A stretch of DNA of 64,000 bases, from positions 7,131 through 71,130 of the forward strand of contig JBBSZV010000033.1 of the NCBI GenBank assembly GCA_038044525.1, given 5' to 3'. The stretch comes from Nanobdellota archaeon (GTDB taxonomy: Archaea; Nanobdellota; Nanobdellia; Woesearchaeales; GW2011-AR9). Each line of letters opens with the position of its first letter. Within the stretch, counting starts at the first letter, position 1. The position numbers and the translations under genes were made by a program. Positions 36,618 through 45,245 of this stretch are shown here, piece after piece. Under the pieces are notes generated by a model. It had not been told where the DNA came from. It searched no databases and was given only the letters and a program-made list of their open reading frames with translations.

Positions 36618-37637
36618 TTATTTCATCATCTTCTTAATCAAATCAACCACCCGGCAGCTGTAACCCCATTCGTTGTCATACCACGCGACTATCTTGAGGA
36701 ATTTCTTATCGACGACCGAAGTCAGCTTGGCATCGTAGATCGCAGAGTGCGGGTTATGGATAATGTCAGTAGAGACCAATTCGTCTTCAGAATATTGTAT
36801 TATCCCTTTTAATTTTCCGCCGGCCGCTTTTTTAAAGATCTCATTAACTTCTTTCGGAGTCACTTCACGCTGGGTTTCGATGGTGAAGTCAGTTACGCTG
36901 CCGTCAGCGACGGGAACCCTGAAAGCCAGGCCTCTGACCTTTCCCCGCAATTCCGGGATGGCTTCTACTGCAGCGACATCTGCTCCCGTAGAAGCCGGGA
37001 TGATGTTGATTGCCGCAGCCCGGGAACGGCGCAGATCTTTATGCGGGCCGTCCACCAGTTTCTGCGAGGACGTATAAGCATGGATGGTAGTGAAAAAACA
37101 GCGTTTGATCCCGATACGATCTTCCACCACTTTGAGGATAGGGGCGACGCAATTGGTCGTGCAGGAAGCATTAGAGACGATCAGGTGCTTGTTTTTTTTA
37201 TAAGCGTGTTCGTTGACTCCGGAAACTAAAGTGACAGTATTAGCCGGACAGGCTTTATCCGCTTCGCATTTGCAGGGCGCAGAGATCAATACTCTTTTTG
37301 CTCCAGCCTTAAGATGCGCCGCGGCCTTGTAAGGGTCGGTAAAACGGCCGGTACTTTCCACCACCACATCAATGTTCAGCTTTTTCCAAGGGAGCTTGGA
37401 AGGGTCCTGTTCCGCCAGGACTTTAATTTTCTTTTTTCCGACCGCCAGATAGCCATCACTGGCAATAACATTCTCGGAGAAAAGCCCGTGGACAGAATCA
37501 TATTTCAGCAGGTGAGCAAGAGTTTTGTTATCGGTAAGATCATTGACCGCAACTATGTTTATGCTCTTATCTTTCCAAGCAGCGCGGAAGAAAGTCCTGC
37601 CGATACGGCCAAAACCATTAATGGCCACATTTATCAT
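36618..37637 (-). CDS. gap: Glyceraldehyde-3-phosphate dehydrogenase, class I (bacterial/eukaryotic type).
   Basis: The N-terminus reads INVAINGFGRIGR. The active site reads SNASCTTNCVAPILKV. 339 aa. Confidence 0.9.
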   Translation of the reverse strand: MINVAINGFGRIGRTFFRAAWKDKSINIVAVNDLTDNKTLAHLLKYDSVHGLFSENVIASDGYLAVGKKKIKVLAEQDPSKLPWKKLNIDVVVESTGRFTDPYKAAAHLKAGAKRVLISAPCKCEADKACPANTVTLVSGVNEHAYKKNKHLIVSNASCTTNCVAPILKVVEDRIGIKRCFFTTIHAYTSSQKLVDGPHKDLRRSRAAAINIIPASTGADVAAVEAIPELRGKVRGLAFRVPVADGSVTDFTIETQREVTPKEVNEIFKKAAGGKLKGIIQYSEDELVSTDIIHNPHSAIYDAKLTSVVDKKFLKIVAWYDNEWGYSCRVVDLIKKMMK

Positions 37638-37865
37638 TGATTACACCTTCTAAATTTTTTCTTAATGGCCATCGTGGTTCCAAAAATCCTTGATTTTTGA
37701 GAACCGTTGATTGCGACGTTGATCATCTTACAACACCTCTTTTGATATCTATACAGAAGAATTCAGTGGTTTATATACTTTATTGGGATTTTACTTTACA
37801 ATAAATGAATCTGCACCTAAAAAACAAGGCATAAATTTTTTAAAATCTGCCTCTTATCCACAGTC

Positions 37866-38363
37866 ATGCAGGAAAAATCAGAACTCTCGACCCTTCTGGA
37901 AAAATTGCAGTTTCCGCAGACGGATGAGAGATTCAATCTTGATTATAATTATAAGATTAAAGCTGATTGCGATTTCTATAAAGGGCGCATCGCCTTGAGC
38001 AAAAGCGGCGAAAAATTGTCGGATATTCTTGCTGCTCCCGCCATATTCGGCCGTTATAGGATAAAAGAAGTGATAATCGTGTCTAATGATGAAGGCATGA
38101 TGGTTCACCCACGCGACGGCGGGCAGCCGACGGAATATCAAGCCGATACGTGTTATCATAACGTTGATTTTCACCATCCTGATCTGGAAGAGATGCTAGA
38201 AAACCGCGGCTACCGTTTAGGGCAGGAAGTTGAATGCGTCGGCGGGGATTACTTTATGGCCGCAGGAGCTTCGGGAGAGCTGACCATCGGCCAATTAAAA
38301 GACCTCTTGGCGTTAGGCTGCGTTAAGCTGATAGAGATAGAGCTTGATTTTTTACGCAAATGA
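37866..38363 (+). CDS. Hypothetical protein.
   Basis: 165-aa ORF, no motif. Confidence 0.3.
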   Translation: MQEKSELSTLLEKLQFPQTDERFNLDYNYKIKADCDFYKGRIALSKSGEKLSDILAAPAIFGRYRIKEVIIVSNDEGMMVHPRDGGQPTEYQADTCYHNVDFHHPDLEEMLENRGYRLGQEVECVGGDYFMAAGASGELTIGQLKDLLALGCVKLIEIELDFLRK

Positions 38364-38401
38364 ATGTTCACCTGAGCGTGATTTTTTTACAAGCATAATT
38401 A

Positions 38402-38453
38402 AGCTGATATGAACCGCTCAGGAGAGGTTGGCAACCGATGGTTTCATATTAAT
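38402..38453. repeat. Miniature IS-derived element. Inverted copies of the IS terminal repeat (GCTGATATGAACC ... GGTTTCATATTAAT) flank a core of about 24 bp.
   Basis: Both halves match the 16-bp TIR GGCTAATATGAAACCC of the IS at 42934-43956 in 12-14 of 14 positions, in inverted orientation. Confidence 0.45.
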
Positions 38454-38500
38454 ACAAAAACTTCCATAAATATTAAATAGGTGTCCTTCTTTGAAAAAGT

Positions 38501-39148
38501 ATGGATTTCACTTCAGCACTAACAGAACTTGAGCATTTATTTAAGGAATCTGAAGAAGCAAAGGCACGAAGTGGAATAGCAGCAAGAGCATTTGAAAAGA
38601 AAGATGCTGAAATCCGAGAGTCGCTGCGGAACGGGCATAGTACTGGCGATCAAATTCTTGATTGGGCTCTTTCAAATGGATATCCTTACCAGGAAAACAA
38701 ACAAAAAGCCCAGATGGTTTACGATTACCTTCAGGAACACGTAGGAGATTACTTTTTCTTCTTGGGTAGAGAATATTGGCGTCCTTTCATTTGGGATATT
38801 CACGTTGGAAAAATAGGATCTCCCCCACTCTTAAATAGAGAAGGGCAGCTTTCTCTTGTAGTTGAAGAAGGAACATTGATGCAGAAGAAAGTAGCGCATT
38901 ACACAGATATTCCTTTAGTGAATAATATTTTTCCCAATGAAAAGAAAGAGCCCTCTATACAAGGCCTATTTTTAACTCCTTTCCAAAGGAAAGAATTAAT
39001 TGAGTCAATTTCTTCGTGTTGGGATGATTCTAGTGATAGCTACTATATCCTTGGTGCAGGTGAAAAAACAGTATTATCTTACCTTCATCAACAAAAAATA
39101 ATTCCTGAAGCAACTAAAGAAAGTCTGCAAGCATTACTTTCTAAATAA
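38501..39148 (+). CDS. Hypothetical protein.
   Basis: 215-aa ORF, no motif. Confidence 0.3.
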   Translation: MDFTSALTELEHLFKESEEAKARSGIAARAFEKKDAEIRESLRNGHSTGDQILDWALSNGYPYQENKQKAQMVYDYLQEHVGDYFFFLGREYWRPFIWDIHVGKIGSPPLLNREGQLSLVVEEGTLMQKKVAHYTDIPLVNNIFPNEKKEPSIQGLFLTPFQRKELIESISSCWDDSSDSYYILGAGEKTVLSYLHQQKIIPEATKESLQALLSK

Positions 39149-39186
39149 TCCTAAAATATATATAGAAACCTATTTTCTTACCCCTC

Positions 39187-40152
39187 ATGTCAGAACCAAA
39201 ACAAATTCCCACCACCGAGAACATCGTATTTAAGCCCGCTTTCATAGAACGATATTCGCAGTTAACTGACTGGGAAGAATTCAAGAAGTATTCTCTTTCT
39301 TTCCTGCGCAGGAGCATCCGGGTCAATACCTTGATGGGGACGATCCAGGAGGCGCGGAAAAGCATCGAAGCCAAGGGATGGAAGCTCATGCCGATCCCCT
39401 GGTGCAAGGAAGGTTTCTGGATATCCCATGATGAAAGAAGGGATGTAGGAAACTTACTGGAGCATCATACAGGAAAAATTTACGTACAGGAAGCGGCTTC
39501 CATGATTCCGCCATTAGTATTAAAGCCAAAACCAGGAGACATAGTCTTGGACATGGCCGCTTCCCCTGGAAGCAAGACTACGCAGATGGCAGCGATGATG
39601 AATAATAAAGGATTAATCATTGCTAACGATTACAAAGGCGATCGTCTGCAGTCCTTAGGGATAAATCTGCAGCGCAGCATCACCACTAATTGCATCATCA
39701 CGCTGATGCGCGGGCAGGGCATAAAAGGGATGCAGTTTGACAAGATCCTATTGGATGCGCCTTGTTCGGGAACCGGCGCTATCAGGAAGAGCCTTAAGAC
39801 CATCGGCATCTGGAATCCGCACATGATCACCAAATTAGCCCGAGAACAGAAAGAACTTATCACTGTAGCTTTTGAAAATCTTAAGCCGGGCGGAGAGCTG
39901 GTCTATTCCACCTGTTCGGTCGAGCCGGAAGAGAACGAAGGGGTAGTCAGTTATCTGCTTAAGAAATATGAAAATGCTAAAGCGATAAAAGTTACTCTTA
40001 AAGGGCTGAAAACCAGCCCCACGATAGCGGAATTTGAAGGAGAACAATATCATCCTGAGGTAAAGAACGCTTTGCGCATCTGGCCGCAGGATAATGATAC
40101 CGAAGGTTTTTTCGTTGCAAAGCTACGAAAAATACCCACGAACGAAGCGTAG
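39187..40152 (+). CDS. NOL1/NOP2/Sun-family RNA (cytosine-C5)-methyltransferase (aTrm4/RsmB-like).
   Basis: Contains VLDMAASPGSKTTQMA, FDKILLDAPCSGTGAIRK and LVYSTCSVEPEENE. Confidence 0.75.
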   Translation: MSEPKQIPTTENIVFKPAFIERYSQLTDWEEFKKYSLSFLRRSIRVNTLMGTIQEARKSIEAKGWKLMPIPWCKEGFWISHDERRDVGNLLEHHTGKIYVQEAASMIPPLVLKPKPGDIVLDMAASPGSKTTQMAAMMNNKGLIIANDYKGDRLQSLGINLQRSITTNCIITLMRGQGIKGMQFDKILLDAPCSGTGAIRKSLKTIGIWNPHMITKLAREQKELITVAFENLKPGGELVYSTCSVEPEENEGVVSYLLKKYENAKAIKVTLKGLKTSPTIAEFEGEQYHPEVKNALRIWPQDNDTEGFFVAKLRKIPTNEA

Positions 40153-40249
40153 CGAAGTGACTTGGGTTTCTTTGTTGCCAAGATAAGAAAATTGTAAGTT
40201 ACAACAAAGAAACTCACGAACGGAGCGCAACGAAGTGACTTGGAGTTTT

Positions 40250-40660
40250 TCATCGTTTTATCCTCCACCACACTGCACCCGCTAATAACCCATTACTCAC
40301 GAAGCCGAGAATAGGTCTGTACGGCTCAAAATAGGTCATCAGAGTAGTTGCTCCAAATACAAAAACAAGTAATTTATTACAAATGGGACAGGCAAACGCG
40401 AAGAAACTACCTATTCCTCCCGTAGTTGCAATCGTATCGCACTTTTTGATTGTATTTTTTTTGTAGTAATGGACTCCAACATACGCGCCGAGTAAAATAG
40501 AGCTACTCGCGAGAAAAATATAATCCAATGTATTTATTGGAGTCATTCTTGTAAAAAATGAGTTCGGCAAAAGTGAGGTAATGATTCCAGATACAACAAA
40601 GAAAAGTAATCCTGTTCCGAGTCCTAAGAGTACATATTTCAATTTCTGGTTCATATTCAT
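40250..40660 (-). CDS. Small polytopic membrane protein with an intramembrane CxxC (ACPICN).
   Basis: 136 aa with four hydrophobic segments. CxxC is FAFACPICNKLL. Adjacent to the DsbA-like gene. Confidence 0.4.
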   Translation of the reverse strand: MNMNQKLKYVLLGLGTGLLFFVVSGIITSLLPNSFFTRMTPINTLDYIFLASSSILLGAYVGVHYYKKNTIKKCDTIATTGGIGSFFAFACPICNKLLVFVFGATTLMTYFEPYRPILGFVSNGLLAGAVWWRIKR

Positions 40661-41506
40661 TCACTTCAATTGTAATGCTTGTATATATCTTCCTTTCTCA
40701 CAAATATGATCTCCATTACGTAGCATACAACCTAAGCAAGTGGACTGACCGGTTGGAACGTTATTCTGTGTTGGCTGCATCTTCATCCACATACCACCAG
40801 TTTTAGCGCAGACTTCTTTGAATGGCAGATCTGCGTAAGGGTCATTATTGCTAGTCACTATAACGTTTCCCGTTATTCCTGAACCAAGATTTCCTTTTAA
40901 TGCCAAAAATCCGAAAACAGCTATCAGAACGACCACTATCAATTTCCAAATTGTTGACTTCTTTACTGAAACATTGTTATTTTCCATATTAACCTCCTTT
41001 TGTGCAATATTGCACGTCTTTGTTGCTATTTTATTTGATAGATAAACTATTGATGCACCTAAAAGACCAATGCCGAGAAACCCCAATTCTAATCCTTTAA
41101 ATGGAAGCACCGCTAAGAATCCACCAAAGCCTAAGACGCTCAGTAATCCAATTGCACACGATGGACACGCGGGAGCTATCAAACTTATGAAGATACTTGA
41201 TGTTCCTGCCTTAAGACTTCCTTTAACTTGCCTTTTCACTAAAAAAATGGTCATTGTCGTGACAACACCAGCAAGAACTGACATTATAATGAGAAGTATG
41301 AAAGAAAGAGCAGTCATTGATGCGAGTGCTCCCTTAAGCAAGGAAAAAAACAGCGAGAAAGAAAAATCAGAAAAAAGTATGCGGTAATTGTTCACAAGTG
41401 TATTGAAAAGAAAAATTGCCAAAGCAACGCTGAAAGTAACTAAAAAGTATTTCTTAAAACTGTACACCTCTTTTAGTGCTTCCTGCACTTTATTTATGTA
41501 TTTCAT
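40661..41506 (-). CDS. Membrane protein with an intramembrane CxxC (APACPSCA) and a Cys-rich C-terminal soluble domain.
   Basis: 281 aa. An N-terminal TM bundle is followed by C-terminal CAKTGG...CLGCM...HICEKG. Confidence 0.4.
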   Translation of the reverse strand: MKYINKVQEALKEVYSFKKYFLVTFSVALAIFLFNTLVNNYRILFSDFSFSLFFSLLKGALASMTALSFILLIIMSVLAGVVTTMTIFLVKRQVKGSLKAGTSSIFISLIAPACPSCAIGLLSVLGFGGFLAVLPFKGLELGFLGIGLLGASIVYLSNKIATKTCNIAQKEVNMENNNVSVKKSTIWKLIVVVLIAVFGFLALKGNLGSGITGNVIVTSNNDPYADLPFKEVCAKTGGMWMKMQPTQNNVPTGQSTCLGCMLRNGDHICEKGRYIQALQLK

Positions 41507-41526
41507 TTTGAAAAAAAGAAAAAAAA

Positions 41527-42261
41527 TTAATTAAGCTCAGCATCAATGACCTGCTGGAAAACACTAAACGGTTGCGCTCCACTGATGAGTTTTCCATTGA
41601 TGATGAACCCCGGCGTTCCTGAAATTCCTGCTGCACTTCCATCAGCTAAATCTTTTCGAATTTCCTGCTTTTGCGCTGGATCGCTCAAACAGGCTTCCCA
41701 TTTAGCAACGTTTAAACTAAGTTCCTGAGCCCAACGTTTGTAATCAGCACTGCTCTTTCCTCCTGCTCCTCCATTGCTGAAGATTATGTCATGGTACTCA
41801 AAGTATTTTTCCTGTTCCCCAGCACAATTGGCGGCAATCGCAGCAGGTTCAGCCTGTTGATGGAAGCCTAATGGAAAGTCACGATAGACAAACTTCACTT
41901 TCCCAGTTTTAATGTACATACTCTCAATTTGTGATAATGTTTGCTGATAAAATCGTTCACAGAACGGACATTCATAATCACTAAATTCAATTATGGTGAC
42001 TGGTGCATCTTTTTCTCCCAAGAAAGGATCATCATCAGCAAGTGCTTTCATATCGGTTATTCCTGCACTTGGCGCTTGTGGTGCTCCTCCTAATGTGGGC
42101 GCCCCAACTGCACCCGTAGGAGAATTATTGCCTCTAAAGGCCATGAATGCTAATACTACAATTAAAACTATTGTAGTGACTTTCCAGAACATTGATTTAT
42201 TGATAGTTATACTATCACTCTTTTTTGCTTTTAGTTCTTGTTGCTCTTCGATTTTAACCAC
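41527..42261 (-). CDS. DsbA-family thioredoxin-fold thiol:disulfide oxidoreductase, membrane-anchored and exported.
   Basis: The TM anchor reads FWKVTTIVLIVVLAFMAF. The CxxC motif reads FSDYECPFCERF. The DsbA-like core reads VKFVYRDFPL...GTPGFIINGK. Confidence 0.65.
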   Translation of the reverse strand: MVKIEEQQELKAKKSDSITINKSMFWKVTTIVLIVVLAFMAFRGNNSPTGAVGAPTLGGAPQAPSAGITDMKALADDDPFLGEKDAPVTIIEFSDYECPFCERFYQQTLSQIESMYIKTGKVKFVYRDFPLGFHQQAEPAAIAANCAGEQEKYFEYHDIIFSNGGAGGKSSADYKRWAQELSLNVAKWEACLSDPAQKQEIRKDLADGSAAGISGTPGFIINGKLISGAQPFSVFQQVIDAELN

Positions 42262-42300
42262 CTCTGGCGTTTTTTAAATTGCTATTCTCAAACAATTCTG

Positions 42301-42321
42301 TTGTTTCATAGGATGAAACAA
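42301..42321. promoter_or_regulatory. Palindrome TTGTTTCATaggATGAAACAA in a divergent promoter region. Candidate operator.
   Basis: A 9-bp perfect inverted repeat with a 3-nt spacer lies between divergent starts at 42261 and 42417. A TTGTTTC half-site is repeated at about 42364. Confidence 0.4.
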
Positions 42322-42416
42322 TATATAAATGGTTTTGAAACGTCCAAAATTAAGCCGAATTGTTGTTTCGTCAGGTGTAGCAATATTTAAATAAGGGTTG
42401 ATTCTGCTGACTATTT

Positions 42417-42917
42417 ATGGATGGACGCTCAGTTAAGTTATATAAATACATCAGCCTTGGATTTTCAGCAATAATCATCGGTCTTGCGATTCTTATCTAT
42501 GGGGTAATGTATATCCATCGTAATACAACCAGTAAAAATTCATTAATATTCTGGACAGTTGAAAATCATTTACCTATAACTATCAGTATGATCATACTTT
42601 CTGGATTTATGGGTTATATTTTATCAACCGTAACTTACAAACAAGTTACTAAGACTAAGAAAGAATCTCACAAATTATTAGAGATATTATTTCTCTTCCT
42701 AAACAGAGATGAGAAAGAGATTATTAATTCTCTTGTTCAGAATAATGGCATGATAGGACAAGCAGAGATTTCCCGTTTGCCCGGAATGGACCGAGTTAAA
42801 GCGTATCGCTCCCTCCAAAAGATGCAGGAAAAAAAACTGATAGATATAACTGCGCATGGAAAAATAAGAAAAGTATCGCTTAAAGACAACATATTAAACC
42901 TGCTTACTAGAGAATAA
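42417..42917 (+). CDS. Membrane-tethered winged-helix transcriptional regulator (two N-terminal TM helices plus a C-terminal wHTH).
   Basis: TM helices SLGFSAIIIGLAILIYGVMYI and ITISMIILSGFMGYILS. The C-terminus EKEIINSLVQNNGMIGQAEISRLPGMDRVKAYRSLQKMQEKKLI is MarR/TrmB-like. Confidence 0.45.
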   Translation: MDGRSVKLYKYISLGFSAIIIGLAILIYGVMYIHRNTTSKNSLIFWTVENHLPITISMIILSGFMGYILSTVTYKQVTKTKKESHKLLEILFLFLNRDEKEIINSLVQNNGMIGQAEISRLPGMDRVKAYRSLQKMQEKKLIDITAHGKIRKVSLKDNILNLLTRE

Positions 42918-42924
42918 ATTAGTC

Positions 42925-42933
42925 TGCCGTAAC
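42925..42933. repeat. Left copy of the 9-bp target-site duplication TGCCGTAAC.
   Basis: The identical 9-mer abuts both IS ends (42925-42933 and 43957-43965). Confidence 0.6.
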
Positions 42934-43956
42934 GGCTAATATGAAACCCTTGTAATTCTGATGAATATCAGAATTACTTGTTTTCCCGCTTCTAACATTC
43001 TGTCAATGTTATAGGCAACGATTCTACACATTGCTTCCACTTTTTGGTTCTTTACATCCTTTGATTTGATACTAAACCCAAACTTTCTTTTGAGAATACT
43101 GAAAGTAGTCTCAACCTTGTTCCTTTGAAGGTATTCTCCATAATCAAACACATCAAACGTCTCTTTTCTGTATCTTCCTTTTCTTCTATGCTTTGGCACA
43201 TCTAATCTTTTCTGGAGAATAAACGGGTATGCTCCCAGCTCTTCAAATACTATTTTGAAGAGCTTCTCGGCATCATATCCCCTATCTCCGTAAAAAGCTT
43301 CTGGTCGGTAATTTTTTGCCAATCTCCGGGTCATTGTATATGCATCAATCAGGTCGTGTCTTGCTTTTTTTCTAAGCTTAAATTGTAGGATAAAATAATG
43401 CTTTATATCGACGATAATACTTAGCTTCAAGAACGGACGTTTTTTGTATGCTTTTCCGATTCTTTTGCAGTAATGTGGACTGGCATTATCCAAACTAATG
43501 CCCGTTCCATCGATAGCAACCTTTTCAGGTTGCTCAATAAGTTTGCTAAACGCAGCCATAAGCTTATCGAAGATAGCAGTAGGAAGTCTCTTCGCAAACT
43601 TGATAAGAGTTGTATATTCAGGGAGCTTATTTAGCCCTAAATATGCCCTAAGCGTGATATTATCGCTTAAATCTTCAAGCAATTCCTTATAAGTAAACTT
43701 ACGGAATTGCTTGTATACCAGCAAAAAGAGATGCTGGTATTGGGTATAAAGCTTATTTGAGAACTTGGAGTTGTGAAGCATAAGCTCCGCTTCTCTGAAC
43801 AATTCATAGCAAAAATCAGCAAGTTTTTTAAATTTAGAAGTTATTATTTCCATTCGTAGTTCACCTCGTCGATAAAAGCGTCTTAAGACAACACTTTATC
43901 GACGTGAACTACTTTATATAACTTCTGAATCAAAGCCGGAGGGTTTCATATTAGCC
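42934..43956 (-). mobile_element. Complete IS element of about 1.0 kb (IS5/IS4-superfamily-like) with 16-bp perfect TIRs (GGCTAATATGAAACCC) and a 9-bp TSD.
   Basis: The TIRs are at 42934-42949 and 43941-43956 (reverse complement). A single DDE transposase ORF lies inside. The flanking 9-bp direct repeats indicate a recent insertion. Confidence 0.75.
42936..43853 (-). CDS. DDE transposase (IS5/IS4-like).
   Basis: Motifs AIDGTG, GDRGYD and NKVETTFSILKRKFG match the D-D-E / R-x3-E-x3-K signatures of the IS4/IS5 superfamily. 305 aa. Confidence 0.7.
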   Translation of the reverse strand: MEIITSKFKKLADFCYELFREAELMLHNSKFSNKLYTQYQHLFLLVYKQFRKFTYKELLEDLSDNITLRAYLGLNKLPEYTTLIKFAKRLPTAIFDKLMAAFSKLIEQPEKVAIDGTGISLDNASPHYCKRIGKAYKKRPFLKLSIIVDIKHYFILQFKLRKKARHDLIDAYTMTRRLAKNYRPEAFYGDRGYDAEKLFKIVFEELGAYPFILQKRLDVPKHRRKGRYRKETFDVFDYGEYLQRNKVETTFSILKRKFGFSIKSKDVKNQKVEAMCRIVAYNIDRMLEAGKQVILIFIRITRVSY

Positions 43957-43965
43957 TGCCGTAAC
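43957..43965. repeat. Right copy of the 9-bp target-site duplication TGCCGTAAC.
   Basis: See the left copy at 42925-42933. Confidence 0.6.
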
Positions 43966-44000
43966 AAAATCTTTTAATACCCTAAAAGAATAGCAGGTTT

Positions 44001-45047
44001 ATGCTGGGATTAGACAAATCAATTCTTACTTTCGTGGAGAAGCAAAGCCCCATATTTCATAAAATAATGAAAAATTCTCTTAAATTAAAGGGGGAGGAGA
44101 TCTTGGTTATCAGCGATTACGGCATAGGCAGAGATACCTTCTCCAGCATGCTGGGCTATGGTTACTATCATGCCGCAAACAAGAAAGGTCTTAATACCAA
44201 TATCCTGTTCCAGGAGCCTAAAAAAGGTTTTATGTTTTCTGATGATCACGTCGTGAATGCAATCAACCGATTGGAAAAAAACAGCATCATTATCGTAGCA
44301 GTTTCAAATAAGCTGGGCCGGTTCGGAGAAGAAAAAAGTTTCCGCAATTTCTGCGCAGAGCGAGGGCATAGATTTCTTTCCGCAACCGGTCTGAGCGATG
44401 TCAAGCCGCAGCACTTCAGCCTGTTCCTGGAAGCGATGAATGTCAATTATTCACGCATGAAGAAAAAAGGTTCCGCCATCAAAAATCTGTGGGATAAAGC
44501 GGAAGAGATCAAAGTAAAAACAGAAGCCGGAACAGATGTTACTTTCAATGTTTCAGGGATGAAAGCGATAGCCAACATCGGCGAATATCATGAGCCGGGG
44601 ATGGGCGGCAATATGCCTGCAGGAGAGGTGTACATTCCGCCGGCAGGGTTTGAAGGAGTGAACGGAAAAGTAGTTGTCGACGGCAGCATGAAAACCGAAA
44701 ATGGCGCGATATTGCTGCAAAGCCCGGTCACTTTGCACATCAAGGAAGGAAAAGTGGTACAGATGGAAGGAAAGGATGCGCCCCTATTGGAACAAACTTT
44801 CCAAAAATTTGAAGAATTGGTAAAATATCGGGAACGGGTGCGCCACATCGGCGAGCTAGGCATAGGGATCAATCCCGGAGCGGTATTGATAGGTTCTATG
44901 ATTATGGATGAAAAAGTCCTGGGCACCGGACATGTAGCCATTGGTAGCAATTACTGGTTTGGCGGAGCGATAAAAACCATCTTTCACAGCGATCAGGTAT
45001 TCAAGAGCCCGAGGTTTTATGTTGACGGGAAGAAGATGGATATCTGA
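44001..45047 (+). CDS. Aminopeptidase, peptidase family M29 (AmpS/aminopeptidase T-like).
   Basis: The C-terminal core GELGIGINPGAVLIGSMIMDEKVLGTGHVAIGSN is M29-like. 348 aa. Confidence 0.55.
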   Translation: MLGLDKSILTFVEKQSPIFHKIMKNSLKLKGEEILVISDYGIGRDTFSSMLGYGYYHAANKKGLNTNILFQEPKKGFMFSDDHVVNAINRLEKNSIIIVAVSNKLGRFGEEKSFRNFCAERGHRFLSATGLSDVKPQHFSLFLEAMNVNYSRMKKKGSAIKNLWDKAEEIKVKTEAGTDVTFNVSGMKAIANIGEYHEPGMGGNMPAGEVYIPPAGFEGVNGKVVVDGSMKTENGAILLQSPVTLHIKEGKVVQMEGKDAPLLEQTFQKFEELVKYRERVRHIGELGIGINPGAVLIGSMIMDEKVLGTGHVAIGSNYWFGGAIKTIFHSDQVFKSPRFYVDGKKMDI

Positions 45048-45067
45048 ATGTCAAGATGGCAGCCAGG

Positions 45068-45150
45068 ATAGCTAAATATTTAGAAAGCAAAATCTTTAAA
45101 AAACCAAATCTTTAGAAAACTAAATATTTAGAAAACTAAATCTTTAAATA
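45068..45150. repeat. Degenerate tandem array (about 5 copies) of an AT-rich unit of about 16 bp (AAAACTAAATmTTTAGA) in the intergenic region.
   Basis: Read directly: ctaaatatttagaaagc / aaaatctttaaaaaacc / aaatctttagaaaact / aaatatttagaaaact / aaatctttaaatag. Confidence 0.4.
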
Positions 45151-45245
45151 GTTCCGGGACATGCTTAAAATTATGAATTGGACCAAACTGCTTTATGTCT
45201 TGATCATCGTGCTGTTGTACGTCCCCATGGTTTTCTTGGGAGCGA

